A DNA stretch of 42,229 bases. It comes from Acidimicrobiales bacterium. Lineage in GTDB: Bacteria > Actinomycetota > Acidimicrobiia > Acidimicrobiales > JAJPHE01. Below are positions 26,108-35,597 of this stretch, in pieces. Below the pieces are notes generated by a model. That model ran no database searches and was not told where the DNA came from. It saw only the letters and a list, made by a program, of their open reading frames with translations. Position numbers and translations under genes: made by a program. The stretch lies in assembly GCA_035533195.1 (NCBI GenBank), contig DATLUK010000345.1, positions 1 through 42,229 of the forward strand, read 5' to 3'. Every line of letters starts with the position of its first letter. The stretch's first letter is position 1.

Positions 26108-28375
26108 ATGCCTGCGGTAACCGCGATCACCCCCGTCGAACTCATCGAGGCTGTCTACGCCCGCCTGGCCGAGCGGGTCGAGATCGGCCGGCGCCGTCTG
26201 GGCCGTCCCCTCACCCTTACGGAAAAGATCCTCTTCAACCACCTGGCCGATCCGGAGGGTCAGGAACTGGAGCGGGGTCGCACCTACTCCGAGTTGTACC
26301 CCGATCGGGTGGCCATGCAGGACGCCACCGCCCAGATGGCCCTCCTTCAGTTCATGACCGCCGGCCTGGACCGGGTGGCGGTCCCCTCCACCGTCCACTG
26401 TGACCACCTCATCTCCGCCCGGGTGGGGGCCGAGGCGGATCTGGCCGTGGCCGAGGAAACCAATGCCGAGGTATATGGCTTCCTGCGCAGCGTGTCGGCC
26501 CGCTACGGCGTGGGCTTCTGGAAGCCGGGCTCGGGGATCATCCACCAGGTCGTGTTGGAGCAGTATGCCTTCCCCGGCGGGATGATCATCGGCACCGACA
26601 GCCACACCCCCAATGCCGGGGGCCTTTCCATGGTCGCCATCGGTGTCGGCGGCGCCGACGCCGTGGACGTGATGGTGGGCGGGACCTTCGGGGTGCGTTG
26701 GCCCCGCCTCATCGGCGTGCGCCTGACGGGAGAGCTCAACGGCTGGACCGCCCCCAAGGACATCATCTTGAAGGTGGCCCAGATCCTCACCGTCAGGGGC
26801 GGCACCGGCGCCATAGTCGAGTACTTCGGGCCCGGCGCCGACGGCATCAGCGCCACAGGCAAGGCCACCATCTGCAACATGGGCGCCGAGATCGGTGCCA
26901 CCTGTTCGCTCTTTCCTTATGACAACCACTCGGCCCTGTATCTCAAGTCCACGGGCCGGGAGGCCTACGCCGATCTGGCCGACCGGGCGGCCGAACACCT
27001 GAAGGCCGACCCCGAGGTGGACTCGGATCCGAAGCGCTTCTTCGATGAGGTAATCGAAATCGACCTATCCACCCTCGAGCCGCACATCGTCGGACCCCAC
27101 ACCCCCGATCTGGCCCGCCCGGTCTCCGCCATCGGCGCCGAGGCCAAGGCCAACGGCTGGCCCGTTGAGCTGTCCGACTGCCTGGTCGGCTCCTGCACCA
27201 ACTCCTCCTACGAGGACATCACCCGGGCCGCCTCTGTCGCCCGCCAGGCCTCTGCCCGCGGCCTGCGGGCCCGAGTGCCCCTCTTGGTCACTCCGGGTTC
27301 GGAGCGGGTGCGGGCCACCATCGAACGCGACGGCCTGCTGGCCGACCTCGAGGCCATCGGTGCCACTGTGCTGGCCAACGCCTGCGGCCCCTGCATCGGT
27401 CAATGGGACCGGGAGGACGTGGCCGAGGGCCAGGTCAACTCCATCCTCACCTCCTACAACCGGAACTTCCCCAAGCGCAACGACGGCAGCGCCTCCACCC
27501 TCGCCTTCATCGCCTCCCCCGAGACGGTGGTCGCCTACGCCCTGGCCGGCACCCTGGACTTCAATCCGCTCACCGACGAGTTGGACGGAGGCCTGCTATC
27601 GGCCCCCGTCGGTGAGGAACTCCCATCGGCCGGCTTCGAATCCGGTGAGGCTGGCTTCATCGCCCCTCCCGACGACGGCTCCGATGTGGCCGTCGACGTG
27701 CATCCGAGCAGCACCCGTCTGCAGCTGCTCGAGCCCTTCGCCCCCAACCCCGAGGCCGAGCTGGACGACCTGCCCATCCTGTTGAAGGCCAAGGGCAAGA
27801 CCACCACCGACCACATCTCCGCCGCGGGCCCGTGGCTGCGTTACCGGGGGCATCTGGAGAACATCTCCTCCAACCTGTTCCTCTCCGCCACCAACGGATT
27901 CACCGGTGAGTCAGGCATCGGCCGCTGCCCGGTCCACGGTACGCCCGAGGCTTTCCCCGAGTGCGCCAAGCACTGCCGGGAGGCGGGGGTGGACTGGGTG
28001 GCCATCGGTGATGAGAACTACGGGGAAGGGTCTTCGCGCGAGCACGCCGCCATGGAGCCCCGTTTCATGGGGGCCCGAGCCATCTTCGCCCGTTCTTTCG
28101 CCCGCATCCACGAGACCAACTTGAAGAAGCAGGGCGTGTTGGCCCTGACCTTCTCCGACCCGGGCACGTGGGACAAGATCGGGGAGCAGGACCGCATCTC
28201 GATCCTCGGCCTCGACCAGCTGGCCCCGGACAAGCCGGTCGCCTGTCGCATCACCCATCCCGACGGCAGCACCGAGGACTTCGGGGCCACCCACACCATG
28301 TCCCCCGAGCACATTGCCTGGTACCGGGCCGGTTCGGCTCTCAACCTCATCCGCCGCCAGACAACCACCGGCTAG
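26108..28375 (+). CDS. acn: Aconitate hydratase, mitochondrial-type (~755 aa)
   Basis: ATG 26108 follows AAGGAGGTTCCC. Conserved blocks, recalled from memory, match ACO2-type aconitase along the whole length: [51 protein letters not shown] and [15 protein letters not shown]. Confidence 0.97.
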   Translation: MPAVTAITPVELIEAVYARLAERVEIGRRRLGRPLTLTEKILFNHLADPEGQELERGRTYSELYPDRVAMQDATAQMALLQFMTAGLDRVAVPSTVHCDHLISARVGAEADLAVAEETNAEVYGFLRSVSARYGVGFWKPGSGIIHQVVLEQYAFPGGMIIGTDSHTPNAGGLSMVAIGVGGADAVDVMVGGTFGVRWPRLIGVRLTGELNGWTAPKDIILKVAQILTVRGGTGAIVEYFGPGADGISATGKATICNMGAEIGATCSLFPYDNHSALYLKSTGREAYADLADRAAEHLKADPEVDSDPKRFFDEVIEIDLSTLEPHIVGPHTPDLARPVSAIGAEAKANGWPVELSDCLVGSCTNSSYEDITRAASVARQASARGLRARVPLLVTPGSERVRATIERDGLLADLEAIGATVLANACGPCIGQWDREDVAEGQVNSILTSYNRNFPKRNDGSASTLAFIASPETVVAYALAGTLDFNPLTDELDGGLLSAPVGEELPSAGFESGEAGFIAPPDDGSDVAVDVHPSSTRLQLLEPFAPNPEAELDDLPILLKAKGKTTTDHISAAGPWLRYRGHLENISSNLFLSATNGFTGESGIGRCPVHGTPEAFPECAKHCREAGVDWVAIGDENYGEGSSREHAAMEPRFMGARAIFARSFARIHETNLKKQGVLALTFSDPGTWDKIGEQDRISILGLDQLAPDKPVACRITHPDGSTEDFGATHTMSPEHIAWYRAGSALNLIRRQTTTG

Positions 28376-28376
28376 C

Positions 28377-28454
28377 ACGGCTCGGCCCGTGGAAGAGGAG
28401 CGCCCTTCCGTTACGGCCCAACGGGTGGCCGCCCGCCTTCCAGGCCCGAGCCGT
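28377..28454 (+). terminator. GC-rich multi-hairpin region directly after the aconitase stop codon
   Basis: The 9-nt arms ACGGCTCGG (28377-85) and CCGAGCCGT (28446-54) enclose two local hairpins. These are GGAAG...CTTCC (28391-28409) and CCGTT...AACGG (28408-28424). There is no U tract. Confidence 0.3.
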
Positions 28455-28659
28455 CTAAGTCGTCGCGCCGCTGCGGGCGTGCCGCTCGGGCCGATAGATG
28501 CGACTCAGACGCACCCACGATTTTGATTACAAACGTGTTGTTGAACGAACGCGATTTCACCACTACAAGACAAAGTTCAAGATTTTGGGGTGTCCGTTCA
28601 AGTTGCATCTCTCGATGCGGCCCACTCTTGGTGACCATCCGGAAGGGATGAACGCCGAG

Positions 28660-28725
28660 GGCGCGACCCGGACGAGCTGGCGGCGCGACCAGGGCGCTCT
28701 GGCGGCGCGACCCGGACGAGCTAGC
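28660..28725. repeat. Three tandem 22-bp units beginning GGCGCGACC
   Basis: The units are GGCGCGACCCGGACGAGCTGGC, GGCGCGACCAGGGCGCTCTGGC and GGCGCGACCCGGACGAGCTAGC. Units 1 and 3 share 19 identical nt. The array ends 2 nt before the PlsC stop codon (28728-30). Confidence 0.8.
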
Positions 28726-28727
28726 AG

Positions 28728-29729
28728 CTAGCGGCGTGACCAGGGGGTGTCGGAGCCGGCGCCGGGCGAGGAGGTGGCCCGTCGGTTCCGGTTGGTGGCC
28801 GGCGGGCGGGCCCAGGATCGGCGCCAGGGCGACACATCGGGTCCGGAGAGGGAGGGCGAGAGGCCGGCGGCGGCCCTTCGCCGGGCTTGCCACCAGTCGG
28901 TGCGGAACTCGTCGGCCAGTGCCGCCACGGATGCCTCCAAGCGCTGGGCCACCTGGCGGGAGTCGTCGCCGGGGCCGGGTGTGATCGGGCTCCCAAGGCT
29001 CACGGCGGTGGGGCCGGGCCGGAGCCGGCCGGTCCCCTTGGGCAGGGCCTTGACGGTGCCGGCCACGTGGATCGGGACCAGCGGCACGCCGGTGCGTACG
29101 GAGAGGTAGCCGGCGCCGGCGGAGAAGGTCTGGCCCCAGCCGTCGGTGCTGCGGCCGCCCTCGGGGTAGATGAGGATGCTCCATCCGGCATCCAAGAGCT
29201 CGGCGGCCAGGTCCAGGAAGCGGCGGCTGACCTTGGTGCGCTCGATCGGGATGGCGGCCAGGGAGAAGGCGAAGATGGCGCCTTTGAGGCGGGTGTCAAA
29301 GAAGTAGTCGGCGGCGCCGGCCACGACCATGTGGTGGCGAAAGCGGCGGGGCAGCACAGAAAGGAGCAGGGGAGTGTCCAGGTGACTGGAGTGGTTGGCT
29401 GCAAAGATCACCGGTCCCTTCACCCCATCCAGCCGGTCGGTCCCCTCGACGACGGGGGGGATGATGCCGTGGACCAGGGGCCGGATGACCCCGTCGAGCA
29501 CGGCGGCCCGGGCCACCCGGACGCCGTAGCGGCGGGCCCAGTCCGTCTCATAGTCGCTGCCCGTCCGGCTCTCGGGGGGCGGCATGGGAATGGCGGTGGG
29601 CCAGTTGGCCGGGGCCCAGGGGAAGCGGCTGGGACGGCGGGGGACACGCAGGCGGGGCAGCCGGTCGGACAACCGATCACCGAGGCGGTCGGCCAGGGCG
29701 TCGGAGAGCTTGTCGGACAGTCCGCTCAC
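28728..29729 (-). CDS. PlsC-type 1-acyl-sn-glycerol-3-phosphate acyltransferase family protein
   Basis: FAANHSSHLDTPLL (HX4D) and IYPEGGRS motifs are present. The GTG start overlaps the upstream stop codon (GTGA at 29726-29). Confidence 0.88.
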   Translation of the reverse strand: MSGLSDKLSDALADRLGDRLSDRLPRLRVPRRPSRFPWAPANWPTAIPMPPPESRTGSDYETDWARRYGVRVARAAVLDGVIRPLVHGIIPPVVEGTDRLDGVKGPVIFAANHSSHLDTPLLLSVLPRRFRHHMVVAGAADYFFDTRLKGAIFAFSLAAIPIERTKVSRRFLDLAAELLDAGWSILIYPEGGRSTDGWGQTFSAGAGYLSVRTGVPLVPIHVAGTVKALPKGTGRLRPGPTAVSLGSPITPGPGDDSRQVAQRLEASVAALADEFRTDWWQARRRAAAGLSPSLSGPDVSPWRRSWARPPATNRNRRATSSPGAGSDTPWSRR

Positions 29730-31315
29730 GTGACCTCGGCCATGATCATGGGCGGGTTGTGCAGGTGGGTGATCGAGGGGTGGGGCCCCACTACGTCACG
29801 CGCCATTTCCAGTGCGTCGGACAGGGTAGAGGCGGACTTGAAGCCGAGTCGGTGCACAGCGGCACTGTCCCCGCCCACGATGATCACCCGGCCCAGGTGG
29901 GCCAGCGCGTGCGCGCCCCAGTACCACATGTAGAAGGGATGAACGCCGTGGTAGGCGTGGCCGGTGCGGTACAGGTGTATGTACCAGGGATCGGTGGCGA
30001 AGCTCTCCTCGTAGCGGGTCTCGATCTCCTTGGGATCGGTGGTGTCGGAGAGCACCTGGTCGAAGAAGTCGATGTAGCTGGGATGAAAGACCGGGTCGAA
30101 CGCCCAGGGCGTCGGGTGGGACATGATTACCACGCCCCCCTCACGCACCAGCGGTTTGTTCCGGTACATGTTGAAGAAGTAGCCCAGGCCCAGGCACATG
30201 ACGAGGATGGGATTCATGACCGAATTGACGTTGTAGGGGCAGATGTAGGGCAGACCCATGGTCAGAACGTCGGCCTGCCCTTCCACCGGGATCAGCTGCT
30301 CGCGCAGCACCTGCTCGGTGGTGGCGGCGTGAACGGCTTCGACTTCCCCGGCTTGCACGCTGGTGAGACCCATGGGCGACCGCATCGAATTGAAGATGTT
30401 CCGCTTGATCCGCTCGGGGGTGCGGTTCAATGAGGCGGACACGGCCAGGAAGGCGGCCCGGTCCCGCAGGCTCCATTCCCACTCCCGCTTGGCCAGGAAG
30501 CTGAACTGCTCCGGGAACGGATCGTTGTTGACGGTCGTCTCGATCTGGAAGACCTTGACGCCCGAGGCGGCTATGAGCCGGCCCATGCGCCAGTTGGAGG
30601 AGTGCAGCTCGCTGTGGCGCTGGTCCATGAAGGAGCGGGAGTGCTGCATGGTGTGGACGTTGTGGTGGTGCCGGAGGCTCTTGTAGCTGGCCAGTCCGGT
30701 GGCGACGCTCTTATGGCCGCCGTCCATGGCCACCAGGTTGATGTTGACGTAGACCAACAGGTCGCTGGTGGCGGCCCGCTTGTTGATCTCGACGTCCTCG
30801 CCCTGGTCGGTGAGGCCAAGATGGATGAGATTCGCGGGATCCTCGGCGTCGTGCTGCTGGAGCAGGCCATGGGGAGCGAAGGCGTCGTAGATCCGGTCAC
30901 CCAGGGCGTGGCGCAGCTCGGACTCGGTCATGCGCCGGTGCAGGGCCAGAGCGGCTATGAGGACCACGTCGTCGACGCCGGCGGTGGCAGCCTGATCGAG
31001 GACGGCCTCGATGACTCGCTGGCGGATATCCGGTGCCCGCATGGGGGGAAGAGGAAGGGAGACGTCATCGAAGGCGATGGTGAGCTTCATGCCTGCGCGG
31101 AGCAGGGCCGAGAGCGGAGCGCTGTCGCCCATCGGGTTCTCCACGGCTTGGCGGATGGCGAAGTCGGGGTCCTCGATGGGTTCGAAGGGCTCGGCCGGAT
31201 AGACGATGCGGGACCCGGCTGGCAGCCGTTCGAGGCGGAATCCCTCTCCGTGCCACATCAACGTCGGCGGGGTGGACCGGTCGACGTCGAGGACGAATCC
31301 GGGACGGGGGCTCAT
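29726..31315 (-). CDS. LarA-like (lactate racemase / DUF2088 family) protein
   Basis: 529 aa. ALALHRRMTESE corresponds to the LarA ATGxHR His block. MDGGHKSVATG corresponds to GGRKS with the cofactor-tethering Lys, and a His lies 16 residues after that Lys. The start overlaps the upstream stop codon (ATGA at 31312-15). Confidence 0.72.
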   Translation of the reverse strand: MSPRPGFVLDVDRSTPPTLMWHGEGFRLERLPAGSRIVYPAEPFEPIEDPDFAIRQAVENPMGDSAPLSALLRAGMKLTIAFDDVSLPLPPMRAPDIRQRVIEAVLDQAATAGVDDVVLIAALALHRRMTESELRHALGDRIYDAFAPHGLLQQHDAEDPANLIHLGLTDQGEDVEINKRAATSDLLVYVNINLVAMDGGHKSVATGLASYKSLRHHHNVHTMQHSRSFMDQRHSELHSSNWRMGRLIAASGVKVFQIETTVNNDPFPEQFSFLAKREWEWSLRDRAAFLAVSASLNRTPERIKRNIFNSMRSPMGLTSVQAGEVEAVHAATTEQVLREQLIPVEGQADVLTMGLPYICPYNVNSVMNPILVMCLGLGYFFNMYRNKPLVREGGVVIMSHPTPWAFDPVFHPSYIDFFDQVLSDTTDPKEIETRYEESFATDPWYIHLYRTGHAYHGVHPFYMWYWGAHALAHLGRVIIVGGDSAAVHRLGFKSASTLSDALEMARDVVGPHPSITHLHNPPMIMAEVT

Positions 31316-32544
31316 GCGCTCCTCCAGGTTGGGCGGCGGGAGGCCGGCCGCAGATCGAAAACCACTTTGACAGCTCCTAGTCGCCCGGCCGCGGAGGCAT
31401 GGGCGATGGCCTCGGGGAAGCGGTCGAGGGGATAACGGGCACCGACCAGCTGGCCGAGGCCGGCCTCAGCCACCAGTTCGAAGGCGAGATCGAAGGTGCG
31501 GGCGGGGGCCCGTCCCGGCACTGACTCCAACCCATAGGCGTAGGCGCCGCTCAGGGACACCTCCCGGTTCCAGAGCGATGTGAGGTCGAGCTTCACCGTG
31601 CCGGGCATTCCGGCCAGCACCACCCGGCCCTTGGGCCGGACCATGGACAGAGCGGAATCGATACTTTCGGCGTTGCCGACGCAGTCGATGACCACGTCGG
31701 CCCCACCGGTCAGTACGGCTCCGTTGGCGAGGGAGCGGGTGTGGCGGCGCACGCCCCGGACCAGGCCATCGGGGTCGAGCACCTGGTCGGCGCCCAGGGA
31801 GGCGGCCAGCCGGCACTGCTCGGGATGCTTGGCCCCGGCCAGCAGGAGAGCGGGGGGAAGGAAACGGCGCAGGGCAGCTATGACGGTCAGCCCGAGGGTG
31901 CCGGCGCCGATCACTGCCACCGTGGCGGCGGACAGGCCAGGGCCGGAGAGGTCGGGATCGGCCGCGGCCAGGGCCGCATGGATGCCGCAGGCCGTGGGTT
32001 CGACCATCACCGCCTCTTCATCGGACATGGAGTCGGGTACGAGATGAATCTGGGATCGATGGGCGACCAGGGAGGAGGACCAGCCCCCTCCGGTGTCGGA
32101 GCAGTAGCCGGTCTGCAGCCCGGGCTTGAGATGGCCGTAGGCAACCCGCTCGCAGTTGCCGGTGTGCCCGCCTGCGCAGGCGTCACAGAGCGGGGCGATC
32201 CCCCGGGCGGTGCAGCCGAGCACCGGCTCGATCACCACTCGGGCGCCATCATCGGGTCCCCCGTCCGCCAGCTCACCCACCACTTCGTGGCCCGGAACGA
32301 ATGGGAAGCTGACGATGGGCTCGAAATAGCGGGAGCTGTGTCCTTCGACGGTGGCCAGGTCGGAACCACAGATACCGGCCAGGATGGGCGAGACGCGCCG
32401 CCAATCCGGGCCGGGGAGGGCCGGCTCTTCCACCTCGGTGAGGTGCAGAGGCCCGAGGCGGGCGGCGCTACCCGGAGCCACCGAGGACGCCACCCGCGCC
32501 GCGGCGTAGCGGGGGAGGGAGCGTTCGAAGAGGAGGGCTTTCAT
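31312..32544 (-). CDS. Zinc-dependent medium-chain alcohol/polyol dehydrogenase
   Basis: ATG 32544 (MKALLF...) overlaps the upstream stop codon (ATGA). Catalytic zinc ligands are GICGSD and PGHEVVG. The structural zinc Cys cluster is CDACAGGHTGNC, and the Rossmann motif is VIGAGTLG. Confidence 0.9.
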   Translation of the reverse strand: MKALLFERSLPRYAAARVASSVAPGSAARLGPLHLTEVEEPALPGPDWRRVSPILAGICGSDLATVEGHSSRYFEPIVSFPFVPGHEVVGELADGGPDDGARVVIEPVLGCTARGIAPLCDACAGGHTGNCERVAYGHLKPGLQTGYCSDTGGGWSSSLVAHRSQIHLVPDSMSDEEAVMVEPTACGIHAALAAADPDLSGPGLSAATVAVIGAGTLGLTVIAALRRFLPPALLLAGAKHPEQCRLAASLGADQVLDPDGLVRGVRRHTRSLANGAVLTGGADVVIDCVGNAESIDSALSMVRPKGRVVLAGMPGTVKLDLTSLWNREVSLSGAYAYGLESVPGRAPARTFDLAFELVAEAGLGQLVGARYPLDRFPEAIAHASAAGRLGAVKVVFDLRPASRRPTWRSA

Positions 32545-34865
32545 CGCCGTGCCCTTCCGGCCAGGCGCGGGGCGAGGGGTAGCAGCGGCGTCGAATAGCC
32601 GGGCGCCTTGGGCCACTCCTCGGTGTGCCAGCCCCGCTTGCGGGCGATGGTGGCCAGCTTGACCTCGGGGTTGACGGCCACGGGATGGCCGGCGGCTTCG
32701 AGCATGGGCAGGTCGCTGGCCGAGTCGGCATAGGCCACTGACTCCTCCAGGTCCAAGCCGTGGGCCCGGGCGTAGTCGGCCATGATCTGGGCGCGGGCCT
32801 CACCGGTGGGCGGCCCTTGCTCCAACTCACCGGTCAGGCGGCCGGCGCGGATCGAGAGGCGGGCGCAGATCACTTGATCGAAGAGATCCTGGAAGGGTTC
32901 GACGATTATGTCCAGGGCGCCGGTGATGAGCAGGGTCTTGTGCCCGAGGGCGCGATGCTGGCGGACCCGGCGGATGCCGTCGGGGAAGGACTTGGCCAAG
33001 AGGAGGGTGTGGAACAGCTCGTGAGCCTCGGCCCGGAGCTCCTCGACGCCGACGCCTTCGTAGCGGCGGTAGAAGTGGCGTAGGAAGTCGCCCCGGTCCT
33101 TGCGGTCCAGCGACAGGAGGGCCGGGCCTTCGCGCAGGGTCCGCACGGTGAAGCCGAGACGGTCGCGGTCTTTCATGCGCCGGGTGGCCAGCCAGGAATA
33201 GGACTCGACCACATTGGAGGCGATGAGGGTGTTTTCCAGATCGAACACGGCCATGTGACGGTCGGGAGAAAGAACGGCGCGCCGCCCACGCTCCTGACGG
33301 TCGGGCGTGCTGCGCCGGCCCGGGGCGGAGCGCACCCGGGCATGGGTGACGATGGAGGGCAGATGGACGCCCTGCACGTAGGAGTCCCACTCCAGGGCGC
33401 GGGGATCGAAAGCGAAGTCCTGACGGTCCTCTTCATCGGTGCGGTCCCAGAGACCGAGCAGACGGTCGACCAGGAAGCGGGCCTCGGTCTCGGTGTAGGC
33501 GCCGTAGAGGCGGACGTAGCCGAGGGCGCGGTCGACCTGGCTCCGTCGTTCCTCCAGGTTGGCCGTCCAGGCGGCCTGCTTGCCCCGCAGCGGGAGACTG
33601 CGGCTGACCTTCTCGGCGGTGGTGAGGGTCCGGTCGAGGCGCTCGAGCTGGCGAGTGACCTTGCCCCGGCCGGGGAAGGCCCAACGGGGTGCCACGATGG
33701 GCTGGCCGTCGCTGTCGTAGAGCGGATGCTCGGCGAAGTAATCCTGAACCAGGTCCACCAACCTCCGGTAGCGCAGGGGGTTGGTCGCGCCCGACGCGAC
33801 CTGGTAGACCGACGGGCCAGCGGGGTCGGGACCGGCGGCGGCCACGGCCAGGATGGCGGCCACCACCAGGTCCACCGGGATGACGTCGACCACGCCCTCG
33901 GGGATCCCGGGGAAGGACTTGAGCAGGCCGCGGGCGTAGGAGATGATCACCGGCTCGGCCATGCGAAAGCCCCGGATCCATCCCGGGCGGGGCTCGGCCA
34001 GGGCGGATTCGATGATGGAGGGGCGCACGATGCTGACCGGGACTTCGCCGCGAGTTTCGAGCAAGGCCCGTTCGCCCAGAGCCTTGGTATAGGGATAGGC
34101 GTCGGGCCAACCCAGCGACTGGGCCCGGGCCACGCCGGCATCGACCATGGCCTTGCTCACCCACTCCTGGCGGATGCGCTCGGTCCGCTCGGCCAGCAGT
34201 GGGACGCCGGCGGCCCCCAGTTCCTGGCGGGCCTGCTTGTGGAAGCGGGCCAGTTGCTCGGGCTCCCGGCTCACCGCTTCCCGGTCGGCCCGGACTCGGC
34301 GGGCGGCATCGACCTCGTTGCGCCAGGACACGTCGGGTGAGAACGGAGTCTCCGAAAGAGGCAGCTCGGGACTGTCGCCCCGGCGGGTGCCGGCCACATA
34401 GGCGGTGGACACGGCAATCAGGTGCCCCGGTGTCCCGGCCCGGCGCATGGCCTCGGCCAGGCGGGAGGGGCCGAGGAGGTTGACCTCCACGGCGGCGTCC
34501 AGAGGCGAGTCGAAGCTGACGCTGGCGGCGGAATGGATGACTGTGTGGCAGCCGGCCAGGACCTCCAGGCCGGCCTCGTCCAGACCCAGTCCGTCCGTCG
34601 CCACGTCTCCGGCCATGACCAGGATCCGGCGGTCGATCTCGGCGTCGAAGCGGTCGCCCCACTCCTGGCGTAAGCGGTCGAAACAGTCGTTGCGGATGAT
34701 CTCGCGTCGGACGCGGTCAGCCGCCCCCCGCCGGCCGGGACGGACCAGAACGGCTACCTCCAGGTCGGGCACGGAGCGCAGCATCCGCTCGATGAGGGCC
34801 GTCCCGAGGAAGCCCGTCCCTCCGGTCAGCCCGATGCGGCGGCCGGCCAGGGCCTCTCTGATCAC
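32541..34865 (-). CDS. Fusion of a fatty acyl-CoA/thioester reductase (NAD_binding_4 SDR) domain with a C-terminal HAD-IB hydrolase domain
   Basis: The N-terminus has LTGGTGFLGTALIERML, HSAASVSF and STAYVAG, the extended-SDR reductase pattern. The C-terminal ~230 aa have HAD-IB blocks VFDLENTL, LITGAL and YADSASDLPMLEAAGHPVAVNP. Confidence 0.85.
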   Translation of the reverse strand: MIREALAGRRIGLTGGTGFLGTALIERMLRSVPDLEVAVLVRPGRRGAADRVRREIIRNDCFDRLRQEWGDRFDAEIDRRILVMAGDVATDGLGLDEAGLEVLAGCHTVIHSAASVSFDSPLDAAVEVNLLGPSRLAEAMRRAGTPGHLIAVSTAYVAGTRRGDSPELPLSETPFSPDVSWRNEVDAARRVRADREAVSREPEQLARFHKQARQELGAAGVPLLAERTERIRQEWVSKAMVDAGVARAQSLGWPDAYPYTKALGERALLETRGEVPVSIVRPSIIESALAEPRPGWIRGFRMAEPVIISYARGLLKSFPGIPEGVVDVIPVDLVVAAILAVAAAGPDPAGPSVYQVASGATNPLRYRRLVDLVQDYFAEHPLYDSDGQPIVAPRWAFPGRGKVTRQLERLDRTLTTAEKVSRSLPLRGKQAAWTANLEERRSQVDRALGYVRLYGAYTETEARFLVDRLLGLWDRTDEEDRQDFAFDPRALEWDSYVQGVHLPSIVTHARVRSAPGRRSTPDRQERGRRAVLSPDRHMAVFDLENTLIASNVVESYSWLATRRMKDRDRLGFTVRTLREGPALLSLDRKDRGDFLRHFYRRYEGVGVEELRAEAHELFHTLLLAKSFPDGIRRVRQHRALGHKTLLITGALDIIVEPFQDLFDQVICARLSIRAGRLTGELEQGPPTGEARAQIMADYARAHGLDLEESVAYADSASDLPMLEAAGHPVAVNPEVKLATIARKRGWHTEEWPKAPGYSTPLLPLAPRLAGRARR

Positions 34866-34908
34866 GCCACTTGCCTACCATCGGCCGCCCTGCAGGGGCG
34901 ACACGGCC

Positions 34909-35574
34909 TCACCGTTTTCGGCCCTTGGCCGTCGGCGGGGTATAGCGCTTGCTGGCCGTCCGGCGCCGGCCCTCGGGCTCGGGCTGGCGACCCCGGGCGG
35001 CCCAGGCCGGCCGCGCGCCGCGGCCTCGCGCCGGCGCCGGCTGGGCAGCCCGGCCGGCCGACCGACCGGCTGAACGGCCTCCGGCGCGGCCGCCGGCACC
35101 GGCGGCGCCGGGTCCCCGCTCGGTGGCCAGGCGCAGCCGCGTGGCCTTGGAGCTGCGGAAGAGGAGCCAGGCCCCCAGGGCGATGTAGAGGAAGCCGAGG
35201 ACCTGGCCCATTCCGAAGGCGGCCAGGAGGCTGACGACGGCGGCCACGGTGCGCCGTCCGTAGCGGGCGGCGGCGGCCAGGAGGACGAATACGGCGATGC
35301 CGATGCTCAGGGTGAGGGCGGCCGAGACGTGAGTGGTCTTGCCCGAGTGGGTCTGGGTGGCCGGGACGAGGAGGAAATAGACGGTGATGCCGAGAGCGAA
35401 GATGGCGCCGCCGTAGACGGCCAGCTGCTCGTTCTGGGTCATGTCCCGACGGAGGCGGCCGGCCAGGCCGGGCCGGGTCACCGGCGCCGGCCCCTCGGCC
35501 AGCTCCTGGTCGGGCTCCTGGTCGGGCTCCTCGCCTGGCTCCGCTCCCTCGGTCCACTCCCCGTCGGTTGGCAC
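34909..35574 (-). CDS. Small polytopic membrane protein with acidic N-tail and Arg-rich C-tail
   Basis: Three to four hydrophobic helices (AVYGGAIFALGITVYFLLV, ALTLSIGIAVFVLLAAAA, VAAVVSLLAAFGMGQVLGFLYIALGAWLLF). It lies 23 nt downstream of the AGPS-like gene and 43 nt upstream of the reductase gene. The start is uncertain. Confidence 0.55.
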   Translation of the reverse strand: MPTDGEWTEGAEPGEEPDQEPDQELAEGPAPVTRPGLAGRLRRDMTQNEQLAVYGGAIFALGITVYFLLVPATQTHSGKTTHVSAALTLSIGIAVFVLLAAAARYGRRTVAAVVSLLAAFGMGQVLGFLYIALGAWLLFRSSKATRLRLATERGPGAAGAGGRAGGRSAGRSAGRAAQPAPARGRGARPAWAARGRQPEPEGRRRTASKRYTPPTAKGRKR

Positions 35575-35597
35575 CCCGACAAGCTACCGGCGGGGCG

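Noticed and set aside
20708-28725. CRISPR interpretation of the short tandem arrays (20708-20771, 23149-23223, 28660-28725)
   Set aside because: The units are directly adjacent with no spacers. There are only 2-4 copies of 16-39 nt, and there are no cas genes in the window.
28498-28731. 77-aa ORF through the low-GC island and the 22-bp repeats
   Set aside because: It has no RBS, atypical composition in its first half, and a second half that is just the translated tandem repeat. It was kept only as a region of interest, not as a CDS.
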